Source: Eledone cirrhosa (taxonomy: Eukaryota). Taken from it: 64,000 bases of DNA. Shown here piece after piece: positions 27,001 to 41,449 of the stretch. The notes under the pieces are model-generated. The model was not told the origin of the DNA. It searched no databases and was given only the letters and a program-made list of their open reading frames with translations. Where the stretch lies: the NCBI GenBank assembly GCA_964016885.1, contig OZ024742.1, positions 374,976,001-375,040,000 on the forward strand, read 5' to 3'. The position numbers and the translations under genes were made by a program. Numbering within the stretch: position 1 is the first letter of the stretch; every line of letters begins with the position of its first letter.

Positions 27001-30000
27001 ATGGTGACCTTACAGAGTGGAAGGGTATTGACAGTGTATGGTGACCCTACAGGGTGGTAGGGGCATTGACAGTGTCTGGTGACCTTACAGGGTGGTTATG
27101 GTCTTGACAGTGTATGGTGACCCTACAGGGTGGTAGAGGTATTGACAGTGTCTGGTGACCCTACAGTGTGGTAGGGGCATTGACAGTGTATGGTGACCTT
27201 ACAGGGTGGTAGGGGTATTGACAGTGTGTGGTGACCCTACAGGGTGGTAGGGGAATTGACAGTGTATGGTGACCCTACAGGGTGGTAGGGACATTGACAG
27301 TGTATGGTGACCTACAGGGTGGTAGGGGTATTGACAGTGTCTGGTGACCCTACCGGGTGGTAGGGGCATTGATAGTGTATGGTGACGTTACAGGGTTGTA
27401 GGGCATTGACAGAGTATGTTGACCTTAGAGGGTGGTAGGGGCATTGACAGTGTCTGGTGACCTTACATGTTGGTAGGTGTATTGACAGTGCATGGTGACC
27501 CTACAGGGTGGTAGGTGTATTGACAGTATCTGGTGACCTTACAGGGTGGTAGGGGTATTGACAGTGTCTGGTGACCTTACAGGGTAGTAGGGGCATTGAC
27601 AGTGTCTGGTGACCTTACAGGGTGGTAGGGCCATTGACAGTGTCTGGTGACCCTACAGGGTGTTAGGGGCATTGATAGTGTCTGGTGACCTTACAGGGTG
27701 GTAGGGGTATTGACAGTGTCTGGTGACCCTACAGGGTGGTAGGGGCATTGACAGTGTCTGGTGACCTTACAGGGTGGTAAGGGTATTGACAGTGTCTGGT
27801 GACCCTACAGGGTGGTAGGGGCATTGACAGTGTCTGGTGACCTTACAGAGTGGTAGGGAATTGACAGTGTCTGGGGACCTTACAGTTTGGTAGGGGCATT
27901 GACAGTGTCTGGTGACATTACTGCGTGATAGGGGTATTGACAGTGTCTGGTGACCCTACAGGGTGGTAGTCGTAATGACAGTGTCTGGTGACCCTACAGG
28001 GTGGTAGGGGCATTGGCAGTGTATGGTGACCTGCCAGGGTTGTAGGGGCATTGACAGTGTATGGTGACCTTACAGGGTGGTAGGGGCATTGACAGTGTAT
28101 GGTGACCCTACAGGGTGGTAGGTACATTGGCAGTGTATGGTGACCTGCCAGGGTTGTAGGGGCATTGACAGTGTATGGTGACCTTACAGGGTTGTAGGGG
28201 CATTGACAGTGTATGGTGAACCTACAGGGTAGTAGGGGTATTGACAGTGTATGGTGACCCTATAGGGTGGTAGGGTTATTGACAGTGTATAGTGACCCTA
28301 CAGGGTGGTAAGGGTATTGAGAGTGTCTGGTGACCCTATAGTGTGGTAGGGGCATTGACAGTGTATGGTGACCTTACAGTGCGGTAGGGGTATTGACAGT
28401 GTATGGTGACCATACAGGGTAGTAAGTGTATTGACAGTGTCTGGTGACCCTACAGGGTGGTAGGGGCATTCACAGTGTATGGTGACCTTACAGGGTGGTA
28501 GGTCTCTTGACAGTGTATGGTGACCTTACAGGGTGGTAGGGGTATTGACAGTGTATCGTGACCTTACAGGGTGGTAGGGCTATTCACAGTGTATGGTGAA
28601 CCTACAGGGTGGTAGGGGTATTGACAGTGTCTGGTGACCTCACAGGGTGGTAGGGGCATTGACAATGTCTGGTGACCTTACAGGATGGTAGGAGTCTTGT
28701 CAGTGTATGGTGACCTTACAGGGTGGTAGGTGTATTGACAGTGTATGGTGACCTTACAGGGTAGTAGGGGTATTGACAGTGTATAGTGACCCTACAGGGT
28801 GGTAGGGGTATTGACAGTGTCTGGTGACCTTACAGGGTGGTAGGGACATTGACAATGTCTGGTGACCTTACAGGGTGGTAGGAGTCTTGACAGTGTATGG
28901 TGACCTTACAGGGTGGTAGGTGTATTGACAGTGTTGGTGACCCTATAGTGTGGTAGGGGCATTGACAGTGTCTGGTGACCTTACAGTGTGGTAGGTGTGT
29001 TGACAGTGTATGGTGACCCTACAGGGTGGTAGGGTTATTGACAGTGTCTGGTGACCTTACAGCGTGGTAGTGGTATTGACAGTGTATGGTGACCCTACAG
29101 GGTGGTAGGGGCATTAACAGTGTCTGGTGACCCTACAGGGCGGTAGGGGCATTGACAGTGTATGGTTACCTTACAGGGTGGTAGGGGTATTGACAGTGTA
29201 TGGTGACCTTACAGAGTGGTAGGGGTATTGACAGTGTATGGTGATCTTACAGGGTGGTAGGGGTATTGACATTGTCTGGTGATCCAACAGGGTGGTAAGG
29301 GCATAGACATTATATGGTGACCTTACAGGGTTGTAGGAGCATTGACAGTGTATGGTGACCTTACAGGGTGGTAGGGGTATTGACAATGTATCGTGACCTT
29401 ACAGGGTGGTAGGGGTATTGACAGTGTCTGGTGACCCTACAGGGTGGTAGGGGTATTGACAGTGTATGGTGACCCTACAGGGTGATATGGTCATTGACAG
29501 TGTATGGTGACCCTACAGGATGGTAGGAGCATTGACAGTGTATGGTGACCCTACAGAGTGGTAGGGGTAATGACAGTGTATGGTGACCCTACAGGGTGGT
29601 AGGGGCATTGACAGTGTATGGTGAATTTACTGAATGGTAGGGGTATTGACAGTGTATGGTGACCCTCCAGGGTGGTAGGGGCTTTGACAGTGTATGTTGA
29701 CCCTACAGGGTGGTAGGGGAATTGACAGTGTATGGTGACCCTACAGGGTGGTAGAGGCATTGACAGTGTATGGTGACCCTACAGAGTGGTAGCGGCATTG
29801 ACAGTGTATGGTGACCTTACAGGGTGGTAGGGTTATTGACAGTGTATGGTGATCTTACAGGGTGGTAGGGGTATTGACATTGTCTGGTGATCCAACAGGG
29901 TGGTAAGGGCATAGACATTATATGGTGACCTTACAGGGTTGTAGGAGCATTGACAGTGTATGGTGACCTTACAGGGTGGTAGGGGTATTGACAGTGTATC

Positions 30001-31699
30001 GTGACCTTACAGGGTGGTAGGGGTATTGACAGTGTCTGGTGACCCTACAGGGTGGTAGGGGTATTGACAGTGTATGGTGACCCTACAGGGTGATATGGTC
30101 ATTGACAGTGTATGGTGACCCTACAGGATGGTAGGAGCATTGACAGTGTATGGTGACCCTACAGAGTGGTAGGGGTAATGACAGTGTATGGTGACCCTAC
30201 AGGGTGGTAGGGGTATTGACAGTGTATGATGAACCTACAGGGTGGTTGGAGCATTGACAGTGTATGGTGACTTTTCAGGGTGGTAGGGGTATTGACAGTG
30301 TATGGTGACCCTACAGGGTGGTAGGGGCATTGACAGTGTATGTTGAACCTACAGGGTGGTAGGGGTATTGACAGTGTATGGTGACCTTACAGGGTGGTAG
30401 GGGCATTGACAGTGTATGGTGACCCTATAGGGTGGTAGGCGTATTGACAGTGTATGGTGACCCTACAGGATGATAGGGGCATTGACAGTGTATGGTGACC
30501 CTACAGGGTGGTAGGGGTATTGACAGTGTATGGTGACCCTACAGGGTGGTAGAGGTATTGACAGTGTATGATGAACCTACAGGGTGGTAGGAGCATTGAC
30601 AGTGTATGGTGACTTTACAGGGTGGTAGGGGTATTGACAGTGTATGGTGACCCTACAGGGTGGTAGGGGTATTGCCAGTGTATGGTGACCCTACAGGATG
30701 GTAGGGGTATTGACAGTGTATGTTGAACCTACAGGGTGGTAGAGACATTGACAGTGTATTTTGACCTTACAGTGTGGTAGGGATATTGACAGTGTATGGT
30801 GACCCTACAGGGTGGTAGGGGTATTGACAGTGTCTGGTGACCTTACAATGTGGTAGGGGCATTGACAGTGTCTGGTGACCTTACAGGGTGGTAGGGGTAT
30901 TGACAGTGTATCGTGACCTTACAGGGTGGTAGGGGTATTAACAGTGTAAGGTGACCCTAGAGGGTGGTAGGGGCATTGACAGTGTATGGTGACCCGACAG
31001 GGTGTTAGGGGCATTGACAGTGTATGGTGACCCTACAGGGTGGTAGGCGTATTGACAGTGTATGGTGACCCTTCAGGGTGGTAGGGGTATTGACAGTGTC
31101 TGGTGACCCTACAGTGTGTTAGGGGCATTGACAGTGTATTTTGACCTTACAGGGTGGTAGGGATATTAACTGTGTATGGTGACCTTACAAGGTGGTAGGG
31201 GCATTTACAGTGTCTGGTGACCTTACAGGGTGGTAGGGGTATTGACAGTGTATGGTGAACCTACAGGGCGGTAGGGGCATTGACAGTGTATCGTGACCCT
31301 ACAGGGTGATAGGGGTATTGACAGTTTATGGTGACCCTACAGGGTGGTAGGGGCATTGACAGTGTATGGTGACCCTACAGGGTGGTAGGGGCATTGCCAG
31401 TGTATGGTGACCTTACAGGTTGGTAGGGATATTGACAGTGTATGGTGACCCTACAGGGTGATGGGGTGTTGACAGTTTATGGTGACCCTACAGGGTGGTA
31501 GGGGCATTGACAGTGTATGGTGACCCTACAGGGTGGTAGGGGCATTGCCAGTGTATGGTGACCTTACAGGGTAGTAGGGGTATTGACAGTGTCTGTTGAC
31601 CTTACAGGGTGGTAGAGGTATTGACAGTGTCTGGTGACCTTACAGGGTGGTAGGGGCATTGACAGTTTATGGTGACCTTACAGGGTGGTAGGGGTATTG

Positions 31700-34600
31700 A
31701 CAGTGTCTGGTGAACCTACAGGGTGGTAGGTGTATTGACAGTGTCTTGTAACTTTCAGGCTGGTAGAGGTATTGACAGTGTATGGTGACCCTACAGGGTG
31801 GTAGGGGCATTGACAGTGTATGGTGACCCTACAAGGTGGTAGGGGTTTTCACAGTGTATCGTGACCTTACAGGGTGGTAGTAATATTGACAGTGTATGGT
31901 GACCCTACAGGGTGGTAGGGGCATTGACAGTGTATGGTGACCCTACAGGGTGGTAGGTGTATTGATAGTGTATTGTGACCTTACAGGGTGGTAGTGGTAT
32001 TGACAGTGTATGGTGACCCTACAGGGTGGTAGGGGTATTGACATTGTATGGTGACCCTACAGGGTGGTAGGGGCATTGACAGTGTATGGTGACCATACAG
32101 GGTGGTAGGGGCATAGACAGTGTATGGTGACCTTACAGGGTGGTAGGTGTATTGACAGTGTATGGTGACCCTACAGGGTGGTAGGGGCATTGACAGTGTA
32201 TGTTGACCCTACAGGGTGGTAGGGGTATTGACAGTGTATCGTGACCTTACAGGGTGGTAGGGGTATTGACAATGTATGGTGACCCTACAGGGTGGAAGGG
32301 GAATTGACAGTGTATGGTGACTCTACAGGGTGGTAGGGGCATTGACAGTGTATGGTGACCCTACAGGGTGGTAGGCGTATTGACAGTGTATGGTGACCCT
32401 TCAGGGTGGTAGGGGTATTGACAGTGTCTGGTGACCCTACAGTGTGTTAGGGGCATTGACAGTGTATTTTGACCTTACAGTGTGGTAGGGATATTGACAG
32501 TGTATGGTGACCCTCCAGGGTGGTAGGGGTATTGACAGTGTCTGGTGACTTTACAAGGTGGTAGGGGCATTGACAGTGTCTGGTGACCTTACAGGGTGGT
32601 AGGGGTATTGACAGTGTATGGTGACCTTACAGGGTGGTAGGTGTATTGACAGTGTATCGTGACCCTACAGGGTGGTAGGTGTATTGACAGTGTCTGGTGA
32701 AACTACAGGGCGGTAGGGGCATTGACAGCGTATGGTGAACCTACAGGGTGATAGGGGTATTGACAGTTTATGGTGACCCTACAGGGTGGTAGGGGCATTG
32801 ACAGTGTATGGTGACCCTACAGGGTGGTAGGGGCATTGACAGTGTATGGTGACCCTATAGCGTGGTAGGGGCATTGACAGTGTATGGTGACCCTACAGGG
32901 TGGTAGGGGTATTGACAGTGTCGGTGACCTTACAGGTTGGTAGAGGTATTGATAGTGTCTGGTGACCCTACAGGGTGGTAGGGGCATTGACAGTGTATGG
33001 TGACCCTACAGGGTGGTAGGGGTATTGACAGTGTCGGTGACCTTACAGGTTGGTAGAGGTATTGATAGTGTCTGGTGACCCTACAGGGTGGTAGGGGCAT
33101 TGACATTGTATGGTAACCTTCCAGGATTGTAGGGCATTGACAGTGTATGGTGACCTTACAGGGTGGTAGGGGCATTGATAGTGTCTTGTAACTTTCAGGG
33201 TGGTAGGGGTATTGACAGTGTATGGTGACCCTATAGCTGGTAGGGGTATTGACAGTGTCTGGTGACCTACAGGGTGGTAGATGTATTGACAGTGTATGGT
33301 GAACCTACAGGCTGGTAGGCGTATTGACAGTGTCTGGTGACCCTACAGGGTGGTAGGGATATGGACAGTGTCTGGTGACATTACAGGGTGTTAGGGGTAT
33401 TGACAGTGTCTGGTGGCCCTACAGTGTGGTAGGGGCATTGACACTGTCTGGTGATCTTACATGGTGGTAGGGGCATTGACAGTGTCTGTTGACCGTACAG
33501 GGTGGTAGGGGTATTGACAGTGTATGGTGACCCTACGGGGTAGTAGGTGTATTGACAGTGTCTGGTGACGCTACAGGGTGGTAGTAGCATTGACAGTGTA
33601 TGGTGATCTTACAGGGTGGTAGGGGCATTGACAGTGTCTGGTGACCTTACAGGGTTGTAGGGGTATTGACAGTGTCTGGTGACCTTACAGGTTGGCAGGG
33701 GCATTGACAGTGTCTGGTGACCTTACAGCGTGGTAGGGGTATTGACAGTGTCTGGTGACCCTACAGGGTGGTAGGCGTATTGACAGTGTCTGGTGACCCT
33801 ACAGGGTGGTAGGGTTATTGACAGTGTATGGTGACCCTACAGGGTGTTAAAGGTAATGACAGTGTCTTGTGACCCTATAGTGTGGTAGGGGCATTGACAG
33901 TGTCTGGTCACCCTACAGGGTGGTAGGGGTATTGACAGTGTCTGGTGACCTTACAGGGTGGTAGGGGCATTGACAATGTCTGTTGACCTTACAGGGTGGT
34001 AGGGGTCTTGACAATGTATGGTGACATTACAGGGTGGTAGGTGTATTGACAGTGTATGGTGACCTTATAGGGTGGTAGTGGTATTGACAGTGTATGGTGA
34101 CCCTACAGTGTGGTAGGGGTATTGACAATGTATGGTGACCCTACAGGGTGGTAGGGGCATTGACAGTGTGTTGTGACACTATAGGGTGGTAGGAGCATTG
34201 ACAGTGTCTGGTGAACCTACAGGGTGGTAGGGGCATTGACAGTGTCTGGTGACCCTACAGGGTGGTAGGGGTATTGACAGTGTTGGTGACCCTATAATGT
34301 GGTAGGAGTATTGACAGTGTATGGTGACCTTACAGTGTGGTAGGGGTATTGACAGTGTATGGTGACCCTACAGGGTGGTAGGGGTATTGACAGTGTCTGG
34401 TTACATTACAGCGTGGTAGGCGTATTGACAGTGTATCGTGACCTTACAGGGTGGTAGGGGTATTGACAGTGTATCGTGAACTTACAAGGTGGTAGGGGTA
34501 TTGACAGTGTATCGTGACCTTACAGGTTGGTAGGGGTATTGCCAGTGTATGGTCACCCTACAGGGTGGTTGAGTATTGACAGTGTCTGGTGACCCTACAG

Positions 34601-37600
34601 GGTGGTAGGGGCATTGACAGTGTATGGTGACATTACAGGGTTGTAGGGGTATTGACAGTGTCTGGTGAACCTACAGGGTGGTAGGGGCATTGACAGTGTC
34701 TGGTGACCTTACAGGGTGGTAGGGGAATTGACAGTGTCTGGTGACCTTACAGGGTGGTAGGGGTATTGACAGTGTATGGTGCCGCTACAGGGTGGTATGA
34801 GCATTGACAGTGTATGGTGACCTTACAGGGTGGTAGGGGCATTGACAGTGTCTGGTGACCTTACAGGGTTGTAGGGGTATTGACAGTGTCTGGTGACCTT
34901 ACAGGTTGTTAGGGGCATTGACAGTGTCTGGTGACCTTACAGCGTGGTAGGGGTATTGACAGTGTCTGGTGACCCTACAGGGTGGTAGGGGTATTGACAG
35001 TGTCTGGTGACCCTACAGGGTGGTAGGGTTATTGACAGTGTATGGTACACCTTCAGGGTAGTAGGGGTATTGACAGTGTCTGGTGACCCTTCAGGGTGGT
35101 AGGGTTATTGACAGTGTATGGTGACCCTACAGGGTGGTAGAGGTATTGACAGTGCATGGTGACCCTACAGGGTGGTATGTGTATTGACAGTGTATGGTGA
35201 CCTTACAGGGTGGTAGGGGTATTGACAGTGTATGGTGACCCTTCAGGGTAGTAGGGGTATTGACAGTGTATCGTGACCTTACAGGGTGGTAGGGGCATTG
35301 ACAGTGTCTGTTGACCCTACAGGGTGGTAGGGGTATTGACAGTGTATGGTGACCCTATAGTGTGGTAGGGTCATTGACAGTGTCTGGTGACCCTACAGGG
35401 TGGTAGGGGTATTGACAGTGTCTGGTGACCCTACAGGGTGGTAGAGGTATTGACAGTGTATGGTGACCCTACAGGGTGGTAGGGGCATTGAAAATGTCTG
35501 TTGACCTTACAGGGTGGTAGGGGTCTTGACAGTGTATGGTGACCTTACAGGGTGGTAGGGGCATTGAAAATGTCTGTTGACCTTACAGGGTGGTAGGTGT
35601 ATTGACAGTGTATGGTGACCTTACAGGGTGGTAGTGGCATTGACAGTGTATGGTGACCCTACAGTGTGGTAGGTGTATTGACAATGTATGGTGACCCTAC
35701 AGGGTGGTAGGGGCATAGACAGTGTATGGTGACCATACAGGGTGGTAGGGTCATTGACAGTGTATGGTGACATTACAGGGTGGTAGGGGTATTGACAGTG
35801 TATGGTGACCCTACAGGGTGGTAGGGGCATTGACAGTGTATGGTGAACTTACAGGGTGGTAGGGGTATTGACAGTGTCTGGTGACCCTACAGGGTGGTAG
35901 GAGTATTGACAGTGTCTTGTAACTTTCAGGCTGGTAGAGGTATTGACAGTGTATGGTGACCCTACAGGGTGGTAGGGGCATTGACAGTGTATGGTGCCCC
36001 TACAGGGTGGTAGGGGTTTTCACAGTGTATCGTGACCTTACAGGGTGGTAGGGCTATTGACAGTGTATGGTGACCCTACAGGGTGGTAGGGGCATTGACA
36101 GTGTATGGTGACCCTACAGGGTGGTAGGGGCATTGACAGTGTATGGTGACATTACAGGGTGGTAGGTGTATTGATAGTGTATGGTGACCTTACAGGGTGG
36201 TAGTGGTATTGACAGTGTATGGTGACCCTACAGGGTGGTAGGGGTATTGACATTGTATGGTGACCCTACAGGGTGGTAGGGGCATTGACAGTGTATGGTG
36301 ACCATACAGGGTGGTAGCGGCATTGACAGTGTATGGTGACCTTACAGGGTGGTAGGTGTATTGACAGTGTATGGTGACCCTACAGGGTGGTAGGGGCATT
36401 GACAGTGTATGGTGACCCTACAGGGTGATAGGGGTATTGACAGTGTATCGTGATCTTACAGGGTGGTAGGGGTATTGACAGTGTATGGTGACCCTACAGG
36501 GTGGAAGGGGCATTGACAGTGTATGGTGACTCTACAGGGTGGTAGGGGCATTGACAGTGTATGGTGACCCTACAGGGTGGTAGGCGTATTGACAGTGTCT
36601 GGTGAACCTACAGTGTGTTAGGGGCATTGACAGTGTATTTTGACCATTCAGTGTGGTAGGGATATTGACAGTGTATGGTGACCCTCCAGGGTGGTAGGGG
36701 TATTGACAGTGTCTGGTGACCTCACAAGGTGGTAGGGGCATTGACAGTGTCTGGTGACCTTACAGGGTGGTAGGGGTATTGACAGTGTATGGTGACCTTA
36801 CAGGGTGGTAGGTGTATTGACAGTGTATCGTGACCCTACAGGGTGGTAGGTGTATTGACAGTGTCTGGTGAAACTACAGGGCGGTAGGGGCATTGACAGC
36901 GTATGGTGAACCTACAGGGTGATAGGGGTATTGACAGTTTATGGTGACCCTACAGGGTGGTAGGGGCATTGACAGTGTATGGTGACCCTACAGGGTGGTA
37001 GGGGCATTGACAGTGGATGGTGACCCTATAGGGTGGTAGGGGCATTGACAGTGTATGGTGACCCTACAGGGTGGTAGGGGTATTGACAGTGTATGGTGAC
37101 CTTGCAGGGTGGTAGGGGTATTGACAGTGTCGGTGACCTTACAGGTTGGTAGAGGTATTGATAGTGTCTGGTGACCCTACAGGGTGGTAGGGGCATTGAC
37201 ATTGTATGGTAACCTTCCAGGATTGTAGGGGATTGACAGTGTATGGTGACCTTACAGGGTGGTAGGGGCATTGATAGTGTCTTGTAACTTTCAGGGTGGT
37301 AGGGGTATTGACAGTGTATGGTGACCCTATAGCTGGTAGGGGTATTGACAGTGTCTGGTGACCCTACAGGGTGGTAGATGTATTGACAGTGTATGGTGAA
37401 CCTACAGGCTGGTAGGCGTATTGACAGTGTCTGGTGACCCTACAGGGTGGTAGGGGTATGGACAGTGTCTGGTGATCCTATGGGGTGGTAGGGGCATCGA
37501 TAGTGTATGGTGACCTTACAGGGTGGTAGTGGTATTAACAGTGTATGGTGAACTTACAGGGTGGTAGGGTTATTGACAGTGTCTGGTGACCTTACAGGGT

Positions 37601-40600
37601 GGTAGTGGCATTGACAGTGTCTGGTGACCCTACAGGGTGGTAGGGGTATTGACAGTGTCTGGTGACCTTACAGCGTGGTAGGGGCATTGACAGAGTATGG
37701 TGACATTACAGGGTGTTAGGGGTATTGACAGTGTCTGGTGGCCCTACAGGGTGGTAGGGGCATTGACACTGTCTGGTGACCTTACATGGTGGTAGGGGCA
37801 TTGACAGTGTCTGTTGACCGTACAGGGTGGTAGGGGTATTGACAGTGTATGGTGACCCTACGGGGTAGTAGGTGTATTGACAGTGTCTGGTGACGCTACA
37901 GGGTGGTAGGAGCATTGACAGTGTATGGTGATCTTACAGGGTGGTAGGGGCATTGACAGTGTCTGGTGACCTTACAGAGTTGTAGGGGTATTGACAGTGT
38001 CTGGTGACCTTACAGGTTGGTAGGGGCATTGACAGTGTCTGGTGACTCTACAGCGTGGTAGGGTTATTGACAGTGTCTGGTGACCCTACAGGGTGGTAGG
38101 GGTATTGACAGTGTCTTGTGACCCTACAGGGTGGTAGGGTTATTGACAGTGTATGGTGACCCTACAGGATGTTAAAGGTAATGACAGTGTCTTGTGACCC
38201 TATAGTGTGGTAGGGGCATTGACAGTGTCTGATGACCCTACATGGTGGTAGGGGTATTGACAGTGTCTGGTGACCTTACAGGGTGGTAGGGGCATTGACA
38301 ATGTCTGTTGACCTTACAGGGTGGTAGGGGTCTTGACAATGTATGGTGACATTACAGGGTGATAGGTGTATTGACAGTGTATGGTGACCTTATAGGGTGG
38401 TAGTGGTATAGACAGTGTATGGTGACCCTACAGTGTGGTAGGGGTATTGACAATGTATGGTGACCCTACAGTGTGGTAGGGGCATTGACAGTGTATGGTG
38501 ACCATACAGGGTGGTAGGGGCATTGACAGTGTATGGTGACCTTACAGGGTGGTAGGGGTATTGACAGTGTATGGTGACCCTACAAGGTGGTAGGGGCATT
38601 GACAGTGTATGGTGACCCTACAGGGTGGTAGGGGTATTGACAGTGTGTGGTGACACTATAGGGTGGTAGGGGCATTGACAGTGTCTGGTGAACCTACAGG
38701 GTGGTAGGGGCATTGACAGTGTCTGGTGACCCTACAGGGTGGTAGGGGTATTGACAGTGTTGGTGACCCTATAATGTGGTAGGAGTATTGACAGTGTATG
38801 GTGACCTTACAGTGTGGTAGGGGTATTGACAGTGTATGGTGACCCTACAGGGTGGTAGGGGTATTGACAGTGTCTGGTTACATTACAGCGTGGTAGGCGT
38901 ATTGACAGTGTATCGTGACCTTACAGGGTGGTAGGGGTATTGACAGTGTATCGTGAACTTACAAGGTGGTAGGGGTATTGACAGTGTATCGTGACCTTAC
39001 AGGTTGGTAGGGGTATTGCCAGTGTATGGTGACCCTACAGGGTGGTTGAGTATTGACAGTGTCTGGTGACCCTACAGGGCGGTAGGGGCATTGACAGTGT
39101 ATGTTTACCTTACAGGGTGGTAGGGGTATTGACAGTATATGGTGACCCTACAGGGTGGTAGGGGTATTGACAGTGTATGGTGACCCTACAGGGTGATAGG
39201 GGCATTGACAGTGTATGGTAACCCTACATGGTGGTAGGGGTATTGACAGTGTATGGTGACCCTACAGGGTGGTAGGGGCATTGACAGTGTATGGTGACCC
39301 TACAGGGTGGTAGGCGTAATGACAGTGTATGGTGAACTTACAGGGTTGTAGGGGTATTGACAGTGTATGCTGACCCTACAGGGTGGTAGGCGTATTGACA
39401 GTGTCTGGTGAACTTACAGGGTGGTAGGGGCATTGACAGTGTATGGTGACATTACAGGGTGGTACGGGTATTGACAGTGTATGGTGACGCTACAGGGTGG
39501 TAGGAGCATTGACAGTGTATGGTGACCTTACAGGGTGGTAGGGGCATTGACAGTGTCTGGTGACCTTACAGGGTTGTAGGGGTATTGACAGTGTCTGGTG
39601 ACCTTACAGGTTGTTAGGGGCATTGACAGTGTCTGGTGACCTTACAGCGTGGTAGGGGTATTGACAGTGTCTGGTTACCCTACAGGGTGGTAGGGGTATT
39701 GACAGTGTCTGGTGACCCTACAGGGTGGTAGGGGTATTGACAGTGTATGGTGATCCTTCAGGGTAGTAGGGGTATTGACAGTGTATGGTGATCCTTCAGG
39801 GTAGTAGGGGTATTGACAGTGTCTGGTGACCTTACAGGTTGTTAGGGGCATTGACAGTGTCTGGTGAACTTACAGCGTGGTAGGGGTATTGACAGTGTCT
39901 GGTGACCCTACAGGGTGGTAGGGGTATTGACAGTGTCTGGTGACCCTACAGGGTGGTAGGGGTATTGACAGTGTCTGGTGAACCTACAGGGTGGTAGGGG
40001 CATTGACAGTGTCTGGTGACCTTACAGGGTGGTAGGGGAATTGACAGTGTCTGGTGACCTTACAGGGTGGTAGGGATATTGACAGTGTATGGTGACGCTA
40101 CAGGGTGGTAGGAGCATTGACAGTGTATGGTGACCTTACAGGGTGGTAGGGGCATTGACAGTGTCTGGTGACCTTACAGGGTTGTAGGGGTATTGACAGT
40201 GTCTGGTGACCTTACAGGTTGTTAGGGGCATTGACAGTGTCTGGTGACCTTACAGCGTGGTAGGGGTATTGACAGTGTCTGGTGACCCTACAGGGTGGTA
40301 GGGGTATTGACAGTGTCTGGTGACCCTACAGGGTGGTAGGGGTATTGACAGTGTATGGTGATCCTTCAGGGTAGTAGGGGGTATTGACAGTGTCTGGTGA
40401 CCCTTAAGGGTGGTAGGGTTATTGACAGTGTATGGTGACCCTACAGGGTGGTAGAGGTATTGACAGTGCATGGTGACCCTACAGGGTGGTAGGTGTATTG
40501 ACAGTGTATGGTGACACTACAGGGTGGTATGGGCATTGACAGTGTATGGTGACCTTAGAGGGTGGTAGGGGTATTGACAGTGTATGGTGACCCTTCAGGG

Positions 40601-41300
40601 TAGTAGGGGTATTGAGAGTGTATCGTGACCTTACAGGGTGGTAGGGGCATTGACAGTGTCTGTTGACCCTACAGGGTGGTAGGGGTATTGACAGTGTATG
40701 GTGACCCTATAGTGTGGTAGGGTCATTGACAGTGTCTGGTGACCCTACAGGGTGGTAGGGGTATTGACAGTGTCTGGTGACCCTACAGGGTGGTAGGGGC
40801 ATTGACACTGTCTGGTGACCTTACAGGGTGGTAGGGGCATTGACAGTGTCTGGTGACCCTACAGGGTGGTAGGGGTATTGACAGTGTCTGGTGACCCTAC
40901 AGGGTGGTAGAGGTATTGACAGTGTATGGTGACCCTACAGGGTGGTAGGGGCATTGAAAATGTCTGTTGACCTTACAGGGTGGTAGGGGTCTTGACAGTG
41001 TATGGTGACCTTACAGGGTGGTAGGGGCATTGAAAATGTCTGTTGACCTTACAGTGTGGTAGGTGTATTGACAGTGTATGGTGACCTTACAGGGTGGTAG
41101 TGGTATTGACAGTGTATGGTGACCCTACAGTGTGGTAGGGGTATTGACAATGTATGGTGACCCTACAGGGTGGTAGGGGCATTGACAGTGTATGGTGACC
41201 ATACAGGGTGGTAGGGGCATTGACAGTGTATGGTGACATTACAGGGTGGTAGGGGTATTGACAGTGTATGGTGACCCTACAGGTTGGTAGGGGTATTGAC
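31700..41300 (+). repeat. Older, rearranged tandem duplication: ~31700-35900 and an expanded copy ~35900-41300
   Basis: Collinear markers with drifting offset: TCTTGTAACTTTCAGGC 31741/35912, TCTTGTAACTTTCAGGG 33181/37277, GGTTGAGTATTG ~34570/39047, and paired TTGAAAATG at 35491+35567 and 40957+41033. Confidence 0.85.
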
Positions 41301-41449
41301 AGTGTATGGTGACCCTATAGGGTGGTAGGGGCATTGACAGTGTCTGGTGAACCTACAGGGTGGTAGGGGCATTGACAGTGTCTGGTGACCCTACAGGGTG
41401 GTAGGGGTATTGACAGTGTTGGTGACCCTATAGTGTAGTAGGAGTATTG

